DNA of 64,000 bases from Octopus sinensis (GCF_006345805.1 NC_042998.1:155248001-155312000); one strand, 5' to 3'. Positions 48,895 to 61,280 are shown, counted from the first letter of the stretch. A program made the numbers and translations. Notes: generated from the letters alone by a model not told the origin.

Positions 48895-49480
48895 TAGATA
48901 TCTGGAAAACGAACATGGACCCCAATGGAGTAACAAAGACATATACTGAATTGACGAGCAACTCATTCAAGGAAAGATACATACAGTATCTAACGTCATT
49001 CAGAGACAAAAAAATAAAAAAAAACATGCAACTTCCCTATCTGATATGATATGGATAATGAAAGCAGGAGAAGTAAGCAATCCCCAGATAACATGGAGCA
49101 TTATTGCTAAAGCCAGAAAATACAGTGTGTAGGGTACCAAATGTGAGCTTTGCATTACTGAAAAGCTAAACATCATCCAATCAGTAGATAACATCTTAAA
49201 CATTAGGGATTAAACTTTCTCACCCTACATGCATAAGCAATATTTTATAATTTTGAAGAGGAACCACCACCCACTACTGATCCTACCAGGATAGGCTTTT
49301 TACTCTGAATATGAACATTAAATATATACATCATATGAACTCCATACATAGAAGACACATGCCCTCATGATGAACTCCCTCAATTCACATATATACAAGT
49401 ATTATACATACCTGGGAAATCACATAATATAAACAAACATACCATTCAGCATAATTCTTCCCAAAAGTTAAACCTAAGTG
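48895..49480 (+). mobile_element. PLE GIY-YIG C-terminal fragment
   Basis: KTY..LTSNSFKERY...SF..KK..HAT.LSD.IW..W.IIAKARKY...C.LCITEKL.I. Confidence 0.75.
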
Positions 49481-49732
49481 AAATAATCATCCAAAAGTTG
49501 TTATCCAAGGGCCATACCCTTGATTTCTGGTTTTTGTTAAGCAAAAATTCTCACTTTATCATGAATTCGCATATTTTTTCAGGTTTTAATCCAAAATGGA
49601 AACAAGCACTAATTTCTCCATGTGATTGGCTTGAAAATGTGTTAAGGTATTTTCTTAACATGAAACCAAATAGTAGCCTCAATACACAAAGTATGTATAT
49701 ATATATGTGTGTGTGTGTTTATATACACACAA

Positions 49733-49766
<34 letters not shown>

Positions 49767-49775
49767 CTACACACA

Positions 49776-51035
49776 CACAGACATGCAGGAAGTAAATAGA
49801 CACCTTTAATTTTCAAATTTTCAAAATCTTTTATCTAATATGCAAAACGAGCAACTGAAATGTAATCGATAGGTAGGACTACACACTTTAGTATTTAGTC
49901 GACATTCCATTTGCAGTTTTTAATTTAGAAACTCTTATTGGCATTGAACTGATGAGCTTTGTGATTGTCTCTTGTGGAATTTCTGCCCACTTTTCATGCA
50001 ACAATCAAAACAATTCATCTTTAGATTTAGGTTTTTGTTGAGTTTTTCTTATAGTTCTATCTAGTATACTCCAAAGATTTTCAATAGGTTTCATGTCAGG
50101 AGACTGGCCCAGCCAAGGAAGCTTTTTGATCCCATTTTCAGTCAGCCATTGTTGATTCCTTTTTGCTGTGTGGCATGGAACCCCATCTTCCATTAATAAA
50201 AACTCATTTTTCGTTATGTTATCATGTGATAAGAAGTAGCCCTTGCTTAAGTATTTCGATGTATTTTTCAGTTTATGGTTCCAACACATTCGATCAGCTC
50301 AGAACGACCATTGCTGCTGAAAACTTCCCATACCATTACAGAGATACTGCCATGTTTCACAGTTGGTTGGTGTCATTTCAAATCAAATTCTTGATTGGGA
50401 AGCCAAACACTTCCACTGTCTGAAAATAATGCAAATCTGGATTCATCTGAGAAAATCACTCTATCCCAAAATGAACAGGATTTTTCTGAGATCTCCTTAG
50501 CCCATTTCTTTCTTTTCATGATATTACTTGGCTGAAGGAGAGGTTTTCTTCTGGTTGCTCGTCCATAATACCCAAGCTTATGCAAATATGTAACATATGT
50601 TCTTGGACCAACTTCTAGCTGTTTTGCAATGTCAGAAGCCTTTGAATGAGGTTCGTTTTCCACAATTCTCCTCAAACAATGAAGCTTCCTTTCCAAGGGC
50701 TCAGGTCGGCTGGGACTAGAATCTGTTGATTCTTTTCCTTGGCTTTTGAGTTGCACTATAATTCTATTAACAGTAGCAAGAGGAATTTGAAAATTTTTGG
50801 CAATTTTTTGCAGGCTAAGACCAGCTTCAGATTGCCCAACAATATGACCGCTTTGAAAATCTGAGAGTTCTGCTGAATTTTTTGTGCATGCCATGGTTAC
50901 TCTTTGCAATTGTTTAATATAATGGCATCTAGAATGAAAAAAATAATTACATTGTAAATTCTACACTGCTGAAAACATATATCAAGACACTTATCAGAAA
51001 TTTTGAAAATTAAAGGTGTCTATTTACTTCCTGCT

Positions 51036-51043
<8 letters not shown>
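49776..51043 (-). mobile_element. Tc1-family DNA transposon with a frameshifted transposase
   Basis: ~45-bp TIRs CACAGAC(A)..GCAGGAAGTAAATAGACACCTTTAATTTTCAAA; ORFs 50373-50909 (HTH, FSDES) and 50005-50289 (DGVPCH, SPDMKPIENLW). Confidence 0.93.
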
Positions 51044-51089
<46 letters not shown>

Positions 51090-51097
<8 letters not shown>

Positions 51098-53088
51098 TAG
51101 TGTTACATAATGTGGAGGACAACTGGAGGTTCCTACAGGACAACCTGTTGAGGGCTAATGACTAGATCTGTGGCTGGTGCAAAGTCCCCTCTCGATCTAA
51201 GGTGACATGGTGGTGGAACAATGTAGTTGACTGGGCCATTAGAGAAAAGAAAGAGACATGGAAGTGTGGTGGTAGGAGGGAACTGTATCAGATAGCCAGA
51301 AGGGAAGCTAGGAGACAAGTTTACTTAGCCAGAGGGGAATAGAAAAGAAGAGATTTGTCTATGTTCCGTGCCATGACGACCAGAGACTTGAATTGTTTTG
51401 AATAGCAAGACAGTGTGTGAGAGAAGATCGCGATGGCATAGGAAAGAAACGTATCTGCATGGAAGATGGCTCACTTGCATTCAATGATGCTGCAAAGAAA
51501 GAGAATTGGAGATGCCACTATGGAAAGTTGCTAAATAAAGAGGATGAATGGGAGAAAGACAGTCTGCCAAATTTTGACCCAACAGAGAGACCAGCTATCC
51601 AAATTGACAGCACCTTGGTAGATAAAGCAATTAAGGATATGAAGACAGGGAAAGTACCTGGCCCATCAGGAAGCATCGCTGAAATGTTTAAAATATCTGG
51701 CAGTGAAGGCTATAGTCTAGTCATTCCTGTACCCAGGTGATATACAAAGGAGTCATACCAAATGACTGGTGTAGCAGCATCAACTGCTACACAGATGTTA
51801 GAAATAATTACAAAGGTATCAAATTGTTGGATCAGGTGATGAAAGCTATGGAGAGGGTCATAGCCCAACTAATTAGGGAGAGAGTTAGCTTAGATGAGAT
51901 GCAGTTTGGGTCTATGTCTGGGAGAAGCACCATTGATGCTATATTTCTGGTAAGACAGCAGCAGGAGAAATACCTAGCCAAAGATAAACCTCTGTACTTG
52001 GCTGGTGGTCAATGCAGAAACTATGGATAGATGAGTAGTTGGTGAGAGTTATATACAGGGATGTTATCAGTAAGGTGAGGTTTGGCAATAAGTATAGTGA
52101 AGAATTAAGGGTACAAGTAGAGGTTCACCAAGGACCAGTCCTCAGCCCCCTCTTGTTCATCATAGTCCTCCAGGCAATAACAGAGGAATTCAAGACAAGA
52201 TACCCCTGGGAGCTCCTCAATGATGATGACCTTGCACTAATAGCTGAGTCAATATCAGAACTAGAGAAGAACAGCCATGCTATATGGCAGTGAAACATGG
52301 GCTGTAACTGCTGAGGTCATGCATAAGCTTGAAAGAAATGAAGCTAGTATGCTCTGCAGGATGTATAATGTCAGTGTGCATGACAGAGTGTAAGCATCCT
52401 GAGAGTTGGATGAAGTATCAGATGTGGTGTGCAAGAGAGATGACTGTGCTGATATGGTCATGTGATGTGAATAGATGAGGGCACCTGTGTGGCGGTGAAG
52501 CACGATCTTTGAATGATGGGCTTTACATAGGCAATAACAAGTGACCTTTGGAGATATGTTGTGCTTGAAAAGACCCATCAAGCCAGGTGAAATCGTAGTT
52601 GTGGCCAATGCTAATGTTGAATAACTAGCCCATTGAAAGCACCTTTCAATCATTGGGCAATATGCCATGCTTGTGAAGATCTGTCGAATGGAGTGAAATC
52701 ATAGTTATGGTTGATACCAGTACCATCTGACTGGCACCTGTGCCAGTGGAACATAAAAAGCACCATTCAAGCATTGAGCCTCATGGAGGCAGTGACAGAT
52801 TACCAAAACCTTTGGTGATACACTATGCTTGTGTAGACCTGTCAAGCCAAATGAGACCAAAGTTGTGGCTGATGCCAGTGTCAGGTTATTGCCACCCATA
52901 CTGGTAACACATGAAAAGCACCCACTACACTCTTGGAGTGGTTGGCATTAGTAAGGGCATCCAGCCATAGAAACTTTGCCAAATCAGATCAGAACCTGGT
53001 GCAGACACTAGTTTACCAGTTTTCAGTTAAACTATCTAACCTATACCAGCATGGAAAGCAGACATAATGATGATGATGATGATGATAC
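51090..53088 (+). mobile_element. RTE LINE, 5'-truncated and internally deleted
   Basis: ORFs 51417-51740, 51737-52030 and 52039-52293 (VHQGPVLSP..PWELLNDDDL); (GAT)n tail. Confidence 0.92.
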
Positions 53089-53239
53089 ATGTGCATACAT
53101 ACCATACATATGATTATATACATACATATACATAAATGCACACACACATATATGTACATAAATACCATACATATCTATATACATATATATATATATATAT
53201 ACATACATATATATGCATACATACATATATATCTTGCAT

Positions 53240-54845
53240 GCATTAATTTGAACTCTTACTGTTTCTTTCCCAGTAATCTGACGTCTGACTGTTCAAAGAT
53301 GGCTTCAAAACTAATTAGAAGTGATATCTCTTAAAAATGGACAAAATTTGGTATTGTAGTGTTATCAAGTACCTGCAGAAAAAAGGTTTATCCCCCAAAG
53401 ACATTCAAACTAACATGGTTGCTACATTAGGGAATGATGTGTCAGCTTTATCAACAGTGCAAAAGTGGGCAGCTGAATTTAGGAGGAGAATGGAGAGTCT
53501 TGATGACTTATGGTCTGATTGTCCTGCAACTGCCACCAATGAGGAAAACATTGATTGTGTTTACCATGTGATGGATGACAGGTGGTTGATAGTAAATGAA
53601 ATAGCCAATGCTATTAACATATACTTATGAAAGAGTTAAGAATATTCTGTATAGTGTGCACATATGACAGAGTTTAAGTGTCTTAAGAGAAAAATTGGGT
53701 ATAAGTGGCTTCAGATGTAGTGTGCAAGAGTGAAGATTGCACTGGTATGGGCATCTGATGCGTATGGACGAGGACAGCTGCATAAAGTGCCGATTTCTGT
53801 GGAGGGAAACTGTGGAAGAAGTAGGAAGATGTGGGATGAGGTGGTGAAATATGACCTTCAGATGTTGAGTCTTATGGAGGTGATGACAAGAGACCGATAC
53901 TTTTGGTGATCTTCTGTGTTTGAGAAAACATGTCAAGCTAAGTGAAGCTGTAGTCATGGCTAGTGTGGGTGATACATAAAAGTCCCCTGGTACACTCTGT
54001 GGAGTGGCCGAGGTTAGGAAGGGCATCCAGCTGTAGAAACCATGCTAAAACAAACTGCAACCTGACGCAGCTCTGGCATACCAGTTCCAATGAAACTGTC
54101 TAATCTGTGGTAGCATGAAAAACAGACACTAAATGATGATGATAATGATGATTATGAATGAACTTCACATAATGAAGTTTCTGCTCAGTGTGTGCCACAT
54201 CTTCTGACATCTGATCAAACATGTACTAAGCTGATCACATCATGAGAAAATCTGACACTGTTTCAGGCAGTTCCTTGAATGTTTCCAAAACCAAGATGAG
54301 TATTGGATTCATCACTTTAAGTCAGAGACACAAAAACAATCCATACAGTGGAAGCACACTCTTACCAGCTCTAATGAAAGCCAAAGATGTTTCATCTGTA
54401 GAGAAGGCAATGGCCTCAATTTTTTGAGATGCAAAAGGCACTGTTTACTGACTATCAATAGAGGATACCACACCAACTTGCTGCAGCAGTTATGAAAGGG
54501 TATCAAGACCAAATACTCAGAAAAACTTATGAAAGGGGTCTTGTTTCATGAGAACAATGCTTCAGCAAGTGCATTTGGTTTCAGTGGACTTTGAACTGGT
54601 TGATCTCACTTCCTATTTTCCTGATTTGATTCATCTGACTACCATCTGTTCTCCAACATGGGAAAAAACTTTGCTGGGAACAAGTATTACAGTGATGATG
54701 ATATCATATCTGCTATTGATGGCTTTCTTGACAAACAGAATGAAAGCACTGCAACACCGATGGAAGAAATGTGTGGACTGCAAGGAGAAACTATGTTGAA
54801 CAATAAACCTCATTTGGTCACATTCCATGATAGTATTTTGATCAG
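53240..54845 (+). mobile_element. mariner transposon, decayed, interrupted by an RTE fragment (~53650-54155)
   Basis: ORF 53337-53630 is a mariner N-terminus; it resumes with a VSA..VPHLL (WVPHEL-like) motif, QDE.WIHHF, and the PDL..SDYHLF region. Confidence 0.88.
53650..54155 (+). mobile_element. RTE 3' fragment nested in the mariner
   Basis: LREKLGISGFRCSVQE.RLHWYGH (minus ORF 53625-54026 is its antisense); gatgat tail. Confidence 0.85.
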
Positions 54846-54942
54846 CCTCATCAGTTAAGACCGCTCAATGTGGAAATTTGCTAATGTGTATATATAAAAT
54901 TGATATAAACAGCAGTTTGCAATGTTTCACCAATCAAACAGT

Positions 54943-54991
54943 CTTAACTAATGAGGCAACAGAAATTGATGAAATTGGCGTCAGTATTAAG
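54943..54991 (+). ncRNA. Type I hammerhead fold with G5A
   Basis: CTTAA-CTAATGA-GGCAA cagaaa TTGAT-GAAATTG gcgt CAGTA-TTAAG. Confidence 0.7.
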
Positions 54992-55298
54992 AATTCTTGA
55001 TTGGCACTTTAAGGATAGTTATGATCCCTGTTAGTATATATGTTTTCATTAATGTCCATTAATTACAGTATTAGAGCAGTTTAGCTCTTATTCCTAGCAA
55101 TGCAGGTGTTTCCTAACACCCTAGTCACATTCAGTGACAATTATAATTCTTCTTTCTGGTGAAACACTGCTAACTGCTGTTTATATTAATTATATATATA
55201 CACATTAGCAAATCACTAAATCATCCAATACTTTAGATGACAACAACATAAATACTAATGGAAAAGTAAGTCCAGAAAGAGCGAAGCAATGAAACAGC

Positions 55299-55347
55299 CT
55301 TAACTAATGAGGCTACGGAAATTGCTGAAACTGACATCAGTATTCAA
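55299..55347 (+). ncRNA. Type I hammerhead fold with G5A (second tandem copy)
   Basis: CTTAA-CTAATGA-GGCTA cggaaa TTGCT-GAAACTG acat CAGTA-TTCAA. Confidence 0.7.
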
Positions 55348-55869
55348 AATTTTCAATTGCCACTTTTTGGATGATTATGGTCCTTGTTAATGTATATGTT
55401 TTCATTTATGTGCATTAGCAACAACATGACACCAGTTTAGCTCTTATTTCTAGCAACATCGTTGTTTTCTAACACCCAAGTCGCATTTTGTGACAATTAT
55501 AATTCTCCTTTTTGGTGAAACATTGCAAACTGCTGTTTATATTAATTATATATATATATATATAACTGAGAATGTGTATCTGTCAGTCTATATGTGTGCA
55601 TCACTAAAACTCAAGAACTACTCAACCAATTTCATTCGATTTTACACAATCATTACTTCGGGTCTATGGAGTGTCATGGCCCAAAAAAATTTTCAACTTC
55701 TTGCCTATCTTGCCTAATGCAAGCCTTGAGGAATCTCTTAGACCGTTTCGGGATTATGTGTCAAAAGTGAAACAATAACATCTCTGCTGTAATGTGATAT
55801 AATAGTTTTACCTTTATGTTATTTCACTTTTAATAGTTTCACTATATATATTTTATATATTTATATTTT

Positions 55870-58800
55870 ATATTTTATCTAGTTTCAGCTCACGAGCTGT
55901 GGCCATGCTGGGGCACCGCCATTCAGTGTTGCTACATGATTTTACTTCATGAATGCTTTTTAGCAATTGCCATTTGGTGCATGAGAGAGTTCGATGCAGC
56001 TGCCCTCATCTGCACCTCCTGCCATGAAGTTGGTTCATCTGGGACACCTGACAGAAAGAGATCCAGTTTTATTTTAAAGACATCTGCATCCACCCCATGC
56101 AGGTCTCTCAGGTCCTTTGGGAGGATATTGAAGAGCTGTGGACCTTGGAAGCCCAGGCTATCACAGTATCTTGTCTTACCTCTTGATGGCAAATTTGGAG
56201 TCCTTGGCACTATGCAGTGACACCCAGTTCTGGTATTTGTGTAACTTTCGATGCCAAAGTTTGGGACAAGTCCTTTCAGGATCTTCCAGATGTATATTAT
56301 GGCATATTTTTCTCGCCTACGCTCTAAGGAATAGAGTCTTAATCTCTTGAGTCTTTCCTAATAGCTTATATGCTGCATAGAGGCTATCTTCTTTGTGCAG
56401 CTTCGTTGGATTGCCTCAAGTTCTGTGATTAATTTGACACTGGATGGTGACCATAGCTGAGAACAATAGTTAAAGTGGCTTAGGACAAGTGTCCTCCAGA
56501 GGACCATCATAGTTTCCTGGTCTCTTGTTCTAAAGGCTCTAAGAATCCATCCGGTCAGCCGCCTACATTTCATTGCCAATTTAGCAACATGCACATGAAA
56601 GGTTGCATCATTACCGATGTAAATAGCCAGGTCTCACACTGATTGTGCCTCTGGGATTGCAATCCCTCAAGGTCCAGTGTATTTATTGGGTATTGCATTT
56701 AGTTTTGCATGCTGATAGCATAAAGCTTGAAACTTTTCAGCATTGAACTGCACGCTATTCTTTCAGCCCACTTGTATATTTTGTCCAGCTAATATTGCAG
56801 GTGCATAGTGTCTTCAGGGTTCTGTATTACCTGTGAAACTTTTGTATCATCTGCATAACTTGTGATCGTGGCTCTCTGCATGGCTGAGGGCATGTCTGAG
56901 AGGGCCATTATGAACAGTAGTAGTCCCAAAACAGTGCCCTACGGAACACCGCTCACTATTTGTGTGTTAATGGAGGTGGCCCCATTGGCTACTACCACCT
57001 GACTTCTATCCTTCAGAAAGTCATGAAGCCATTCTCCTAATTTTCCAACTATGCCAAGATCATGCAGTTTGTGACATCATTCCATGATCGACTTTATCAA
57101 AGGCCTTTGCAAAGTCGAGATATATCACTTTTGAGCAGTTGTTTCTGCACCCAGACATAGTGTTGTAGTAGCTGAGTTAGGCAGCTCCTTCCTGGTCGGA
57201 AACCATGTTGGGTGTCAGGCAGCAAGTTATTTTCTTCAAGGAAGGTGATCAGTTTCCTTCTGACTATTCGTTCCATGACCTTGCTGATGTGTGAGGTCAG
57301 AGAGATAGGTCTGTAGTTCTTGGCCTCCACTCTGCTACCTCTTTTATGAATAGGGCATATTTTACCTTCCTTCAGTTTTCTTGGAAGTTTGCCAGCTGCA
57401 AGGAAGCTTTGAAAGAGGAACTGCAGTGGTCTTGCTAGGACTCTCTTATATACTTTTAGAAGGATTACTGGGAATCCATCGGGGCCAGTAGCTGAGTTTG
57501 GGTTCATTTCATCTATAGCCTTTATTACAACGTCTTCCTTTATATTGATGTGGTCAATCATCGTTGCCTCTGATTTTATATCTGCAGTGGTAAAGAAGTC
57601 ATTTGAATTGCTGACTTGAAAATGCCCTAGGGGTGGAGTGAAAATACTTTTGAATTGCTGATTTAGTATTTCACTTACCCTCATTGGATTTTCTGTGAGT
57701 GTACCATCTTTTTCAAGGAGTGGCCCTATCCTATAGTGCACCGTAACTGTTTCTTTGGCACACTTGTAGAAAGCTCTGGGGTTAGATTTTATATTATCCA
57801 TAGCCCAGGCTTCTTTGTCTGCTCCTTCTTTTTAATGGGAGAGTTGCAGACATTTTTCAATTTCCAACAGTTTATTTTCAGGTACGACTTTTCACTGCTT
57901 TCAATTTGTTTGTTTAGGCGATTTGAAACTTTTGTACGCCGTCTCATAAGAATTTTCCTCTTTCTGGGGATTTTGCTCTTGTGTACAGTGGCCTTTCTCT
58001 CTGGGACACATTTGTAGCATATGGCTTGCATTACAGACATGAATTGTTGAAGTTTCATGTCGATGTCTGGTGAGGAGAGACATTCAGGCCAGTTTTGTTT
58101 GAGGATCTCTTTCTCAATTTGTTTCCAGTTTGCCTTATGGATGTTAAAGCTGGAAAGATTCTGAGAGTTTCTTGTAGACTGCATGTCCATGCTTTCCTTT
58201 GGCCCGTACATGGTCAACTCTACCATGTTGTGATCCGAGAGTAGTGTTGGTGTCACTTTCACATTATGTCACTTTCACATCCAGTATGTTACCTGCTCTG
58301 GTTGGTTGGAGTATTATTTGCTCCATGTACAGAGTGTTGATGAGGTTCAGGATGGACCTCGCCTGTCCTCGTTCACATCATGTCATTCTTGGGAGAGAAA
58401 GGCCCTCGAGCCATCTGACATTGGGCAGATTGATGTTTTCCATAAGAAGCACACTTATGTGTTGTTCTAATGTGACTAGAACTTCTATTTTTGTAAGACA
58501 GTCTTCAAACTTGCCTACATGGCTTGGAGCATCTGGAGGGTGATATGTAGCACATATAACTACACCGAGTTGCCTTATATGTACAATTAGTGTGTCCCAC
58601 ACCGAACTTGAGTATGACAAAAGGACCTGGGGTGTGAGGTCCTCGCGGATGTACATAGCAACTCCAGCATGACTCCTTTCTTTTCTGTCGATCCTTAATA
58701 CAACATACTGTGGTATGTGTATTTCCGCATCTGCTATGTCCGGTTTCAGGTGTGTTTCCGTAAGTGCTATGCATAAGGCTTGATTGCATGCAACAAGGTC

Positions 58801-60110
58801 TCTCAAGAAAGGGATTTTTGTCCTGTTACTGAGTGTTAGCAGTCCTCTGATGTTCAGTAGGAGCATCGAGGTGATGTGTGCATTGTTGCCTGTGGTGTCC
58901 AGCTTGAGTCTATTTGCTGTGGCGGTCTTGTGTATTGTGGATACTGTGAGCTTGAGTTTGATGGAGCCAGGTTAGCTGCTGTACAATCTTTTGTGCCATG
59001 CACAAAAAAGATTCTTGTTTAGCAGCTGCCCTTTCAATAACATGTTCATGGTTTGTAACACGCACTACATCTGCGTACTTCCATTTTGGGGCAGGTGGTG
59101 CATAGTCCTTTCCTTTTCCTTTTGGCAGTTGGTTTCTGCCCTGTTTCATGTTTATGTGGCAGAGTCTTTGGTGTGCAAAACGGCAGCCTGCACCTTCCTC
59201 TCCATGCCAGCTGACACCTTTCAGGTAGAATTTACATATTCATGTGTACTGTCTCTTTCTATCCTTTTTGGTATGTGGATAGTCAGGTTTGCTTCTATCC
59301 TTGGCTGTTTCATCTTTTGGTTTTGTTTGAGTTTTAGTTTTTCCTTCTTTGACTGTTTCATCTTTTGGTTTTTTTTTAGTTTTTCCTTCTTTTACTTCTT
59401 TTTTGGCTCTTTCATCTCCATGGTTTTGACTTTTGGTGCTGGTTGGGGCACTCACACTTGGGTTAACTTCCTGGGCAGGTTTCTCACTTGAATCTTCTTT
59501 GTTGTCCTGGGCGTCTACCAAGTGGGGGTGACATCTTTCATCAGCACCCGTGCCTCTATCCTTGTCATCTTTGTTTTGTTCGTTGTCAAAGATGGCATCA
59601 AGCGTGCTGATGTGGGATCTTATGAGTGTATAGGAGCGTATAAACTCCTGCTTCTTTCGCTCTATCTGTGCTAACATCCTTGTGTAACCATTGCTCTTCA
59701 GCGCAGCTGTAATTATGTTGTTTGGATTATCTCCGTCAGCATATCGCAAGGCTCTCAAGAACAATGCCAATTCCATGCTCCTCCAGGTACTGGACATTTT
59801 TTTGGATATTTTTATTTATTTATCTATCTAATTATATTTAAAATTTAACAGTGTGATAGAGGGTAGAGAAGTAATAGAGAAAGAAAGTGTCTAAGTATTT
59901 AGAGAGATTGAGAGCTGAGAGAAGATAAGAAGAGAGTAAGAGAGAGTGAGAGGAGAAAGTTCAGATCTATATATTTAGAAAGATTGAGAGACTGAAAGAG
60001 GAAGGATGGTGTAACTGAGAGAAGTGAAGGGACAGAGAAAGAGGCGTGAAGGAGAGAAGTGAAGAGACAGAGAGAGAAAGAAATGAAAGAGAGGAGGTTA
60101 TGCAACAAAT
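55870..60110 (-). mobile_element. Near full-length CR1/Jockey-group LINE (ORF1 plus APE-RT ORF2), few disruptions
   Basis: ORF1 59797-58910 with one in-frame stop; APE 58378-58866 (LNIRGL..IALTETHL); RT 57097-57801 (NYRPISLTSHISKVME..QHGFRPGRSC); C-terminus 55947-56594; SINE-like 3' tail. Confidence 0.93.
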
Positions 60111-60124
60111 AAATATATATCTAT

Positions 60125-60302
60125 CTGCAGCTATGTACTTGCCCAGCAAGTGACTTAATCTGAGACGTGTGCTAAAACAAAAACAATTGTGTGGAAGGTG
60201 TTTATAAGCCATTTAAAAAACACACAAAAACCGTTAGATTCACTTCAACATTTAAATCTAATTAAATTTAAATGTTGAAGTGAATCTACCGGTTTTTGTG
60301 TG
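60125..60302. mobile_element. MITE copy collapsed to a 37-bp-arm hairpin
   Basis: Arms 60221-60257 and 60266-60302; left flank homologous to 61290-61400. Confidence 0.75.
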
Positions 60303-60309
60303 TGTGTAT

Positions 60310-60348
<39 letters not shown>

Positions 60349-60351
<3 letters not shown>

Positions 60352-61130
60352 TCATCATCATCGTTTAACGTCTGCTTTCCATGCTGGCATGGGTTGGACG
60401 GTTTGGCTGAGGGCTGGCAAGCCAGAAAGCTGCACCAATCTCCAATCTGATCTAAGCAAAGTTTCTACAACTGAATGCCCTTCCTAACATTAACCACTCC
60501 GAGTGTAGTGGGTGCTTTTACATGCCACCAGCACGAGTGCCAGTCAGGTGGTACTGGCATCAGCCATGCTCAAATGGTGCTTTTTACATGTCACCTGTAC
60601 AGTAGCCAGTCTGGTGGCACTGGTAATGACCACGCTTGAATGATACTTTTTTACATGCCACCGGCACGGGAGCCAGTCAGCGGCCATGGCAACAATTATG
60701 CTCAAATGGTGCTTTTTACATTCCACTGGCACAGGTGCCAATCAGGTGGGACTGTCATCAGCCACGACAGCGATTTCACTTGCCTCAACACGTCTTCATA
60801 AGCATAGTTTATTGTCCAATGATTGAAGGGTACTCTTAAATGGGCTGGTTATACAGCATTAGCATGAGCCATAGTTATGGTCTTACTTGGCTTGCCAGGT
60901 CTTCTCAAGCACAGCATATCTCCAAAAGTCTCGGTCACTTGCCATTGCCTCGGTGAGGCCCCAATGTTCAAAGGTTGTGCTTCACCACCTCATCCCAGGT
61001 CTTCCTCTTCCGCAGGTTCCCTCAACTGCTAGGGCGAGACACTTTTTCACACACCTGCCCTCATCCATTTGCAACACATGACCATACCAGCATAGTCATC
61101 TCTGATGCTTCTTAAGTCCAGCTTTTCTCT
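60349..61130 (-). mobile_element. RTE LINE 3' fragment
   Basis: (CAT)n tail at 60349; coding end ARAVEGTCGRGRPGMRW. Confidence 0.85.
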
Positions 61131-61168
61131 CCCTATATATTCATGTGTATATATGTGTTTATACATAT

Positions 61169-61200
<32 letters not shown>

Positions 61201-61213
61201 TTGTGTGTATACA

Positions 61214-61280
<67 letters not shown>

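Larger units (their letters stand above)
54846..55560 (+). mobile_element. Two tandem 356-bp hammerhead-bearing units plus an inverted junction fragment (PLE pseudo-LTR/retrozyme-like)
   Basis: Units at ~54937-55200 and ~55292-55560; inverted piece at 54846-54935; ends in (TA)n. Confidence 0.75.

Noticed and set aside
49500-49535. CAAGGG-ccata-CCCTTG hairpin downstream of the PLE fragment
   Set aside because: No CUGANGA or GAAA core around it, so it cannot be called a ribozyme.
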